From Macrostomum lignano (Eukaryota): a DNA stretch of 64,000 nt. Within the stretch, counting starts at the first letter, position 1. Each line of letters opens with the position of its first letter. The notes beneath the pieces are model-generated. The model was not told the DNA's origin and did no database searches. It was given only the letters and a program-made list of their open reading frames with translations. Made by a program: the position numbers and the translations under genes. Location: assembly GCA_002269645.1 (NCBI GenBank), contig NIVC01003698.1, positions 1 to 64,000 on the forward strand, in the 5' to 3' direction. This document shows positions 1-8,770 of the stretch, piece after piece.

Positions 1-961
1 TATTATAGCGTTTTATTCCCAACTGGTGGCACCGCTACACAACCTATCGAGGTTCGTCTAATACAATTATTTGAACACCGAGTTGAAATTCAAGATCTTA
101 ATTGGCCAAATGAAATACTATCTGCTACCCCGCGAGCGTACGTAGATCAGGTAGCAACTCCAACTTCAAATGGTAGAATGTCTGCCGGTGATAAAAATAA
201 ATTGGATAATATTCCCGCGATTGATGCCGCATTATTCGAGCCAGTAATTTGTAATTGGACTGGATATCAAAATCCAACAACCGCTGGAGATATATATCCA
301 GTTGGTTCTTTAATTGGCGACGCTTCTTATATCGATTATCAAAATGGAGCTAGAATTACTCGTGAAACTGGTAGTAAGTGGGGCATTACAATTCAATTTC
401 ACACATTTTCAAAATATATCTGCGTCTTTCTATTTCCGAGTCGCTAATTCTACAGGAGATGGTGCAGATGCGGTTTGGTTTTATGCATATTGTCACGAAC
501 GCCCAACAAGTGAAGTGGGACTGGATTAACAACGACGCCGGATTGATAGTTTTTGCAAGTGAGTGGCATGATAAATTTGGCGTTGTATGGAGTAATAAAA
601 AATCAGACGGATCAAGCCGCGCGGATGTTAATACTGACGCAGATCAAACGGTAGATTATGCAATATTGATAACGGCGATTGGCATTTATTTGAAATTAAT
701 ATTTTAAATCAAAGGGTTTGGTATCAATTAAATTCATACAATGTTTGCGATTCTTATACCCTCATTGGGCAGAACGTTTTCACATATGATAGTGGCACTT
801 GGGGAACTTTGGATAAGACTGGAACCCTTATGGGTTTTGGTGCTCGAACTGGAGGATCGGATGCTGCACATTTTATTCGTGGCGCAGCGTTTGTGGTAGC
901 ACATCGTTTGGTTATGTTTTTCCTCTACTGCTTATTTAGAAAAACCTCCGTACAAATATAA
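1..961 (+). pseudogene. Fibre/receptor-binding-like protein with L-type (ConA/legume) lectin-like C-terminal domain, split by about 3 frameshifts; 5'-truncated by window
   Basis: Frame open from base 1 contains AYVD and ATPTSNGRMSAGDKNKLDNI (phage tail-fibre repeat type). Then, across frames: SASFYFRVANSTGDGADAVWFY, NIDNGDWHLFEINI and GFGARTGGSDAAHFIR, ending at TAA 959-961. Confidence 0.6.
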
Positions 962-976
962 ATATTTCTATATAAA

Positions 977-1401
977 ATGGCTTTTAGTAGAACTCATCGA
1001 TGCGGCAAAATAATGTTATTATTCCTATTCCTAAACAAGAATCAAATATAAAAACATTCAAATCTCATACCAAATTTTTATTTAGTACTGTAAATGTTCA
1101 GGATAATAAGAAGCTTCAAGAATTAATTAAGTTATTAAAAAATCATATTATACTTCAAGAGTTTTGGAAAATAGGATTTAAATGGAGAAAAAAGAAAGAA
1201 TCACTCCAATACAATACCTATTAAGCTCGGGCAAATCCCAAAGAGCGTGGGAATTCATTTTGGTGCTATTAAAAATAGACGAGAATGTCGGTATCTGAAG
1301 CAGATAAATGGGAACGCGACCGGTTCAACCAACGTAAAGGTCACATGTTAAGTAATGTTGATCGAATATACTATGATTATGATTTATATGTAAAAAAGTA
1401 A
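977..1401 (+). pseudogene. Polinton hypothetical gene with several frameshifts
   Basis: TATAAAATG start context at 977, as seen at other element genes. Protein-like segments in successive frames (track ORF 1000-1224; ERITPIQYLLSSGKSQRAWEFILVLL; ...RIYYDYDLYVKK*). Confidence 0.4.
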
Positions 1402-1427
1402 GAAGAGTTTCAAACCATATAAGAAAT

Positions 1428-1939
1428 ATGGACTTTTTCAATATTGGATTTGGAAGCTTATCAATGTTATGTGTAATCGTTTTAGGTATTTTACAATCTA
1501 TTCCAACTCTTAATTTATCTCAATTATTTTTAGGTATTTCAATTGGCTCAATATCAGGTTTTGAATTGATCAGGAACTTATCAATACTTTTAGCAATTAA
1601 ATTATATCTTAAAAAAAGAAAGGAAAAATATAAATCATTAAGAGATGTTGCAAGCAATATAAAAATCAATTATATTTATATGTGCAAAAAATATTGGATG
1701 ACGGAGAGATAACGATTCATGAATTATCAACCGCGGTTGAATTATATGAAAAATATTTAAAAGATAGAAATAGAATTTTAGATGTTGAAACTTTTACCGA
1801 TATGGAATTAAAAGAATTACGTTTGGACAAACCCAAAGCTCCACCTATAGAAACATTAGGTATTTACGAACCCGAAACTATTGCTACTGGGGCACAAAGC
1901 CCACGGTCAGGAAGTGCTGTAGAACTTAATGTTGTTTAA
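1428..1939 (+). pseudogene. Polinton-type membrane protein (hydrophobic N-terminus, basic helix, LDDGEITxxE), frameshift near 1680
   Basis: ORFs 1428-1712 and 1682-1939 overlap and join into the pattern hydrophobic hairpin-KKRKEKY...KILDDGEITIHEL...YEKY, which I recall from Maverick accessory proteins. Confidence 0.55.
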
Positions 1940-2000
1940 TTTATTTAATGCATATGTTATATATTCTTCCCAAAGTGGTAACTCTCTTCTGATTCTAGGT

Positions 2001-2417
2001 TTAAATTTTTATCAATACATAAAATTCCAATGACTTTTTCAATAACATTTCGTTAGGTATGTTACCTATCCTTATAAACTTTGTATTCTCTCGAATAAGA
2101 AAATTGAAATAATATCCAACTAAAATTAAAATCCTTTCAGAGTCTTTCGAACTTAATCCCTTTCCTTTATTTAAATGGAAAAAGTTATTATATAAATAAA
2201 CATTATTTCCGGGAATTAAAATTGGATCAGAAATGTCTCTTGTAAGATTTCTTAAAATTGTGTTTTTAAAATAGTAATATGAGTTTTCAATCTTTTTTGT
2301 TTTTTCAAATTGATATATTTTAGAACATGAATAACACATATGATATATATCTCCGTTTGCTGTTTGCCCTCTGTGCATAGTCACATTACATTTATTACAA
2401 ACATAAATGTCTTTCAT
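2001..2417 (-). CDS. Hypothetical protein with N-terminal zinc ribbon (CxxC...CxxC)
   Basis: 138-aa ORF with CNKC and CYSC; A-rich start context. Confidence 0.6.
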   Translation of the reverse strand: MKDIYVCNKCNVTMHRGQTANGDIYHMCYSCSKIYQFEKTKKIENSYYYFKNTILRNLTRDISDPILIPGNNVYLYNNFFHLNKGKGLSSKDSERILILVGYYFNFLIRENTKFIRIGNIPNEMLLKKSLEFYVLIKI

Positions 2418-2443
2418 TTTTTTGTTATTTTTTTAGATTAAAA

Positions 2444-2773
2444 ATGGAGAGCTGGTTCAAAACCGATTCTAATGTGATTAATTATCTCACACCCAATATG
2501 TTGGAGAATAAAGAATATAATATTGTATGTTTGAGACAGGTTAAATTTATTGGACTTCAATCGATATTTTTACAATTAGATGGGCAAAAAATTTTATGTC
2601 TAAGCGGAGATGATGTTAAAAATTTTCCTGTTTTAGTTATTAATAAACCTAAAGCGTTTGTTATGAAATACAGCAACGAGGGTGGATTGCAATTTAAACT
2701 AAAACAAACAAATAATAAAAAGAGTGATAGGACTGTAAAATTGGCGGCTGTTTGGGAGGATGACCCCGAATAA
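2444..2773 (+). CDS. Hypothetical protein (109 aa)
   Basis: AAAAATG start, element-like codon usage, acidic C-terminal tail. Confidence 0.55.
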   Translation: MESWFKTDSNVINYLTPNMLENKEYNIVCLRQVKFIGLQSIFLQLDGQKILCLSGDDVKNFPVLVINKPKAFVMKYSNEGGLQFKLKQTNNKKSDRTVKLAAVWEDDPE

Positions 2774-2794
2774 GTTTAAATTTTTTATAAGAAA

Positions 2795-3031
2795 ATGGAT
2801 ACGATAAAAATCCTTATCACTAAAGAGCGTGAACTTAATGATATTAATAAAAAAATAAATATAATTATATCTCAGAAATATCATGAGTATGGGGACGATA
2901 TGTTTCCCATCCGATATGAGATAGATAAAAGAAAACGTTTTTTAAGACAAGATATTGTTTATGCTGAAATAGTAATTGAAATTGAAATAGATAGATTGGT
3001 TAGAAAAATAAAAAACTTAGGAAAAAAATAA
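2795..3031 (+). CDS. Hypothetical helical protein (78 aa)
   Basis: GAAAATG start, follows 21 bp after the previous ORF. Confidence 0.5.
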   Translation: MDTIKILITKERELNDINKKINIIISQKYHEYGDDMFPIRYEIDKRKRFLRQDIVYAEIVIEIEIDRLVRKIKNLGKK

Positions 3032-3319
3032 AGGATTGTTTAAGTTACCCTGCCGACTGTGAGGATAATTGGTGCTCAATAATATATGAAATTGAAGTTA
3101 ATGATTTGCTCAAACAATTACATGCTTTAGTTTTTTACAGACCGATAAGTAATTTTTCTGTTAATCTCTTCCAGTTATTCAAGACTTTTTCCTTATTTAA
3201 TTTTTTAAGTTCTTTTGGAAATGTTGAATAATAATTATCTATATCTTTTTCATATTCTAGAAATGTATTATATTCACAATCACATTCGGATTCACAATCA
3301 CAATCGTAATAATAATTAT

Positions 3320-6300
3320 TTATTGCCGCTTGTATTCATTATATTTGCTTATTATATCTTCTTTTTGTTTTTTATCTTTTATCATATTTTTTATCTCTTC
3401 TTTTAAAACATATGGATATGTTTTAATTTTATCATCTAAATACCTTTTATCATCAAATGGACTTAATGTTTTTTTATCTGTCTCGATGACAAACATCTGA
3501 TGCTTATCTGAATTTAATCGATATTGTGGAGCATGATAATTTTCAATTGTATTAAGGTAATCTAAAAGTACGTTTTTATAATCATCAAATGTTATCTTTT
3601 TTACTGCTGCTCTTGATACCCCTTTTATTTTTTTTACCTCTCTCTCCTGTCCTAAAACCTTAAATGCATAGCATTTTGATCTTATTGCTATAAACTCGGT
3701 TATGATTTTGCTATTTAATTCATCTTTCATTTTAAGTACAACTTTTTTATTTTGATCTGATTTTAAAGGATGGTTATCCGGATAGTCGGAGGTATCCAGT
3801 GTATCCTTAATTTTTTCCATATCTTTATAGACATCGAACCTTTGGTTCGCGGACTCCGTCCGGTCATCTGTTTCAACCTTAAATACCAAACTGTCGGTGT
3901 CTGCATATATTGGATAGTTATCTGGCCATGTTTTATTTATAACATCATAATAGTATTCATACATTACTAGCTTTGCAAAATCTAAAACAACCATTCCAAT
4001 AAATATTGGTTTAAGAAATTTTGTTGTTTTATTTCTCATATGAATACCCATAAAGTTATCATCAAATTTTATAAAGTCTTTAAAGTTAGGTTTTGAGAAA
4101 TATTTCTTTGCTTTATCAATATCCTTTTCTAAATGGAATTGGGTTCTATCTCTAATATTTTCAACCGTTTTTCCATAAAAAGCATTATTCATTAATTTCC
4201 AATAATCTTTCTCAAAATTTGTTTTTGACATCTGTCTCTGATTTGAATTAAAATCAATATATTTAGCTAACCAATCTTCCTCAATAAACGATATTGTTCG
4301 ATGTACTTTTGTAACTTTTAATCCCTGTTTTTCATAAAATTGTAGAAGCTTATAATGCACTACATAGTTTTTCTTATCATGTAAATTTAATATTAATTTT
4401 TTTGTTGCTAGATGTTTTGCATTATCTGCTTTAAGATAATCTTTTTGTGTTTGTGATAAATCATCTTCATTAACTGAACAATGCTCTGGAGCTAAAGGAT
4501 ATTTATATGTTTTTGCTTTTGCTTCCCGAGTATATTGCAAATCCACTTCTACGATACAGCCCCTTCCTTCGGGAATATTTTTGTAATAATCGGGGTCATC
4601 TTCCCATTGGAAATCAGCTATTGGTAATTTTTGTTTCATACAACCACCGTATAAATTGTTTGCATCTAGATATAATACATATGATGATTTTTCTTTTTTA
4701 TTATAATTTGGAAGATACTTATTATTTACTTTAGTATATCTATCTCCTAGTACACCCGAGAATCCGCCGCGAATTCCTCTCTCAATCATTAACAACATAT
4801 CATGATCAGTTAGTAAATCAATCTTAACATCTGTATGTTTCAAACCACAAGCCCATGTTAATCCCGGTGCACTGAAACAATATGCGGGATCAATTTTAAA
4901 ATTCTCATATGTATGATTCCTAAAGTTTTCAAATGCATCAGCTAATAGGAGAACATCTGCTTTAAGATATAGATTATGATAATCTTTAAATGTTTTACAA
5001 TTAAAGTATTTCCATACTTTTTGAGCGTGTTCATAATCCGATTCACTTATGTTTGTTTGTGATAATGTTGAATAAAACTTTTCAATTGGGGGTAATTCGG
5101 TATGAGAAAATACCTCTTTAGATGTTACATATTCATATGGGTAGATGCCCTTACGAGTTAATAGCATTAGTTCTTCCTCGGATAGTTTTTCTTTTTTGAA
5201 ACGATTCAATAAGATTGGAAAGTTTTTCTTTACTATTTCTAAATCCCATGGTTTTGGAACTAATGATGAAACAACATTTGCTAAAGATGTTGATAAGAAT
5301 CTCAAGGAATCTAGAAAAACTAGATGGGAGTATTTCTTACCATATGTTATTGATATGTAATTTTCTGATGTTTTAGGTAATATATTTATTTCATATTCAT
5401 CCTTTCCTAAATGAAGCAATTCTCGAACTAAGAAATGAAAATCATATCCGGAACCATTATGAAAAAATACTGGTATTTCCTTACATCCTTTTCCTTCTTT
5501 TGCATTACATGATCTACATGCTGCCCCTCGATAATTTCCTGTTAGATGACAATGTTCTCGTATCTTATTATTCTTACTTAAATGTCTTTTGCACATAAAA
5601 CAATTTGTTGCATTTTTATAATTGTCTCTATCCTTATTTGTCATATTAATATTTTTTGATAATTTATCATATTGATTTTGAATATATTCAAATACATTTA
5701 CTAATGATTCTGCCATGTGCTTAGCTGCATCATTACCGTGGTAAGTAATCATCCTTGATTTAAATATATGATCAGCTACAGAGTGTACATATATACAATA
5801 ACTATTCGGAAACTGTTGTGCCAATTTTTTTGTGCATTCACCGTCATCAGATACCGTCTGTGATTCTTTTAAGGGAACATTTGTTGCTTCAAAATCAGCA
5901 TATATTACTATTGGTTTTTTAACTGCCATATAATGTTGTTGGAACATTAGGGTTGCATCTTCATAATCTGGCATTTTAGCAATAGTAAATTTGTGATCTA
6001 AACAAAATCGTTGATGATTTTTAAGAGCTGTTTCATCCTTTTTAAATGTGAAACAATTTCTACATAGTGGATATCTATTTCTATTTTCTCTTAAAAAGGA
6101 ACTAATGTCCTTTATGTATATATAATGTGTTTCATTTTCGCGCTGCATGTACAAAAGATCGATTTGATCTGGTGCAGTTATATCAGTTGCTGGTTTTACT
6201 AAATAACAGTTTTTCTTATACCATTCTGGATCGACCTGCTGAATTTCTTCTAGATCTTCTGGTTCTTCAATTGTAAAAACATTAATATTTAAACCATTCA

Positions 6301-7081
6301 TTTTTTCAATCTTATATATATCATCTATTGCTACTGGGTATGAGATGTTTTTCATTATTATTTCATCCTCATATTGTCTATAATTATATATTTTATTAAC
6401 ATGTGATTTTACTTGTTTATGATATTTATGAATTAATAAACACCATAATAAACATTTATTATCTCTATTGTCTGGATTTATAATCATTGGTGATTTAAAG
6501 TATAGCTTCATGTGTGATCGTCCTTTAAGAATTTCTATGGGTGCAATCTTTACTGTTGCTGAATTACAGGATACAAATATAAACCCGGATCCGTTTTCTG
6601 TCATCATATCTATCCATTCATCAAACTCAGCTTCTACTTGATTAAATTGATTATTGTAATTTCTCATTGATAGAAGTGTCTTATAAGATTCTTGTGAAAA
6701 GTTATTTATTACTTCAATTTCTGAATTTGCATTAAGTATATTTGGTTTTTTAAATTCTGTTTCAACTTCTATTTTATACTTAATTGGCTGTAGTTTGTTA
6801 TTTGGCCTTATAGTATAATTATTTAATATGGTCTTTAATTTATCTTTCATTTGTTTAAAATATTCTTTATAATTTGTATTTATATCAATATCTATATCTA
6901 TTACTTCTGCCCCATTTTGTCTTTGTGGTTGGTGGTTGTCAATATCATTTAATTGTCTTTCTAAACGTATCTCATTTTCTGCCCTAACTCTAGCTTCTAT
7001 ATTAGCTCTTTCTAATTCCAATTGAGCTATTAATTGTGCTCTAATTTCAGGATTGTCGATTTGAGCTAAAATTGCTTCCAT
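3320..7081 (-). CDS. polB: Protein-primed family B DNA polymerase (Polinton/Maverick type) with inserted C2H2 finger and endonuclease VII-like domain
   Basis: 1253 aa intact. Exo motifs IYADFEA, FHNGSGYDFHF and YLKADVLLL; RKGIYPYEY; polymerase motifs YLDANNLYG, KLMNNAFYGK, YADTDS and KCY; CFMC...EHCHLTGNYRGAACRSCN. Confidence 0.97.
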   Translation of the reverse strand: MEAILAQIDNPEIRAQLIAQLELERANIEARVRAENEIRLERQLNDIDNHQPQRQNGAEVIDIDIDINTNYKEYFKQMKDKLKTILNNYTIRPNNKLQPIKYKIEVETEFKKPNILNANSEIEVINNFSQESYKTLLSMRNYNNQFNQVEAEFDEWIDMMTENGSGFIFVSCNSATVKIAPIEILKGRSHMKLYFKSPMIINPDNRDNKCLLWCLLIHKYHKQVKSHVNKIYNYRQYEDEIIMKNISYPVAIDDIYKIEKMNGLNINVFTIEEPEDLEEIQQVDPEWYKKNCYLVKPATDITAPDQIDLLYMQRENETHYIYIKDISSFLRENRNRYPLCRNCFTFKKDETALKNHQRFCLDHKFTIAKMPDYEDATLMFQQHYMAVKKPIVIYADFEATNVPLKESQTVSDDGECTKKLAQQFPNSYCIYVHSVADHIFKSRMITYHGNDAAKHMAESLVNVFEYIQNQYDKLSKNINMTNKDRDNYKNATNCFMCKRHLSKNNKIREHCHLTGNYRGAACRSCNAKEGKGCKEIPVFFHNGSGYDFHFLVRELLHLGKDEYEINILPKTSENYISITYGKKYSHLVFLDSLRFLSTSLANVVSSLVPKPWDLEIVKKNFPILLNRFKKEKLSEEELMLLTRKGIYPYEYVTSKEVFSHTELPPIEKFYSTLSQTNISESDYEHAQKVWKYFNCKTFKDYHNLYLKADVLLLADAFENFRNHTYENFKIDPAYCFSAPGLTWACGLKHTDVKIDLLTDHDMLLMIERGIRGGFSGVLGDRYTKVNNKYLPNYNKKEKSSYVLYLDANNLYGGCMKQKLPIADFQWEDDPDYYKNIPEGRGCIVEVDLQYTREAKAKTYKYPLAPEHCSVNEDDLSQTQKDYLKADNAKHLATKKLILNLHDKKNYVVHYKLLQFYEKQGLKVTKVHRTISFIEEDWLAKYIDFNSNQRQMSKTNFEKDYWKLMNNAFYGKTVENIRDRTQFHLEKDIDKAKKYFSKPNFKDFIKFDDNFMGIHMRNKTTKFLKPIFIGMVVLDFAKLVMYEYYYDVINKTWPDNYPIYADTDSLVFKVETDDRTESANQRFDVYKDMEKIKDTLDTSDYPDNHPLKSDQNKKVVLKMKDELNSKIITEFIAIRSKCYAFKVLGQEREVKKIKGVSRAAVKKITFDDYKNVLLDYLNTIENYHAPQYRLNSDKHQMFVIETDKKTLSPFDDKRYLDDKIKTYPYVLKEEIKNMIKDKKQKEDIISKYNEYKRQ

Positions 7082-7165
7082 TTTATAGAATATAATTTAT
7101 ATAGTATTTGAATTATTGATTTTTTAATTTGCGTTTTTGGTGTCCAGACCCACCCCCCCAGGAGC

Positions 7166-8140
7166 CTATTCGAGATCTGCTTTTGGTAATAGCAATCCAT
7201 TGCCCATAACGTTTGAATTTAAGAAAATTCCTGAACCTGCTTTTGGTCTCATTTCGAGATATAATCCGCTTCCGTCGTGTTTTTCAATGATGTTAAAATC
7301 TTTTCCTAACTTAGTAAAAATCTTCTGAACTGCTGGCCTAAAATTAACCCCAATATTGTCAAAAAATCCTTTAGCTTTCTCACCCGTTTTTTCTAAAGTT
7401 TGACCAAATTCCTGTAGTTTATCTGCTACAACTCCACTTCCTTGGGTTGTTCCTTTTAGTACCAAACCGCTGCCATTTAACAGTAAACCTTTTCCAGCTG
7501 CTAACCTAGCTTCTGCATTTCTTTTTTGCTCTGCTGTTGCTGAACTACTATTAATGGTGTCAATAAGTTTCTGTTTGAATTGTGCGTCCTGTGTTATTTG
7601 CTGTCTTTGAAATTCAGCATCTCGTTTAGCTTTTTCATCCGCAGCTTTTTTATCATTTACTGCTTTTGTGATTCCAGCTGCGCCCCCTGCTATTCCACCA
7701 GCTGCTCCAATTCCTGCAAAAATTATTGGTAATAAAGTTGCTAATGGCAATATTCCTCCTTGTTTTGCCTTTAATTCTGCTAACTGTTTTCGGTTATCAT
7801 GAATTCTTTTACCTGCTAAACCGGCTGCTCCAGCTGCTCCGAGGCCTAAAAGAATTGGTAAAATAGGTAACAACCCACCATCCTTTTTAGTGTGAGTCTC
7901 CAATAAAAATTTTACATCGGAGTCTGTCAACCTATAATTTCTGCCGCGATTCTTAAAGGATATTGGCCTTCCTTCTTGTGCATATTTTGCTGCGAGTTTA
8001 AATGTATCGATGTCGTAGTCAAACTTTTTACCTAATCGATCCAATCTTTTTAACATTGTGTGGCTATGTTTATTATCATCCAAATCTAAAGTGTCTACAA
8101 TTTCTCCTATAAAATATAAGCGGTCGTTATCTGTGTCCAT
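7166..8140 (-). CDS. Adenovirus pX-like virion protein precursor with two GG-LLP hydrophobic segments
   Basis: KDGG-LLPILPILLGLGAAG and KQGG-ILPLATLLPIIFAGIGAAGG resemble adenoviral pX (GGFLPALIPIIAAAIGA); six xGxG-hydrophobic motifs in the C-terminal third. Confidence 0.7.
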   Translation of the reverse strand: MDTDNDRLYFIGEIVDTLDLDDNKHSHTMLKRLDRLGKKFDYDIDTFKLAAKYAQEGRPISFKNRGRNYRLTDSDVKFLLETHTKKDGGLLPILPILLGLGAAGAAGLAGKRIHDNRKQLAELKAKQGGILPLATLLPIIFAGIGAAGGIAGGAAGITKAVNDKKAADEKAKRDAEFQRQQITQDAQFKQKLIDTINSSSATAEQKRNAEARLAAGKGLLLNGSGLVLKGTTQGSGVVADKLQEFGQTLEKTGEKAKGFFDNIGVNFRPAVQKIFTKLGKDFNIIEKHDGSGLYLEMRPKAGSGIFLNSNVMGNGLLLPKADLE

Positions 8141-8150
8141 TTTTATATTG

Positions 8151-8548
8151 TTAAAATTTTTTTAATCCTTTTCCGCCTTTAATTGTGGTTAACATTTTAT
8201 TAAAATCCTGAATATCTTTATTACTTATTGGCGTGGTTTTCGTGGGGGTTTCTGTTGGTTGTGCGGCTTGTGCCAGCTTTAAATCTTTTATTGCATTTAT
8301 TTGTGAGAGGGTGTCGTTAAAATCTCTCAATTTCTTTAGTTCTTCTGCCGCTCTAGCTGCTTCAATTCCTCCTTTTACAGCATTTGTTATAGAACCTGCT
8401 GCAGAGCCGCTTGCCCTATAAGCCCCATATTGTCTTTAACGAAATTTGCTGCTGTTCCAACCACATCAAAAAGCCCCTCACCTCGGTATTCAACTGGGTC
8501 TCCTACCTGCAATTCATTCAGATTTTGCATATGTGTAACGTGTGTCAT
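8151..8548 (-). pseudogene. pVI-like amphipathic (membrane-lytic candidate) virion protein, 1-nt frameshift near 8415
   Basis: MTHV...RGEG-LFDVVGTAANFVKDNMGLIG, then after adding one G to the GGG run: ASGSAAGSITNAVKGGIEAARAAEEL...KGGKGLKKF*. The span is 398 nt, which is 133 codons minus 1 base. Confidence 0.6.
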
Positions 8549-8589
8549 TTTTTGTTCTATTTTTAGTAACAGAAAAAAGATTGTCTGCA

Positions 8590-8683
8590 TTCCATTTGGA
8601 CCGGATTTTGGACCAAATTTTTGAAAACGAAAACCAAAACGATAGTCTAGTTTTGTTTGGTCTAAAATCTGGTCTAAATGGAA
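8590..8683. repeat. Imperfect 28-bp inverted repeat in element subterminal region
   Basis: TTCCATTTGGACCGGATTTTGGACCAAA (8590-8617) versus the reverse complement of 8656-8683, TTCCATTTAGACCAGATTTTAGACCAAA. Confidence 0.9.
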
Positions 8684-8770
8684 TGTTGGGTGGGTAGGTG
8701 AGCTGACTATAAATAGCTTCTATTCTTTCCGACCCTTCGCGCCTGCGGCGCGGGCAAGGGGTTATAGAGT

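Noticed and set aside
3130-3320. Cys/acidic open frame (DCDCESECDCEY...) downstream of polB
   Set aside because: It has no in-frame start codon and is too short to support; it may be another broken gene.
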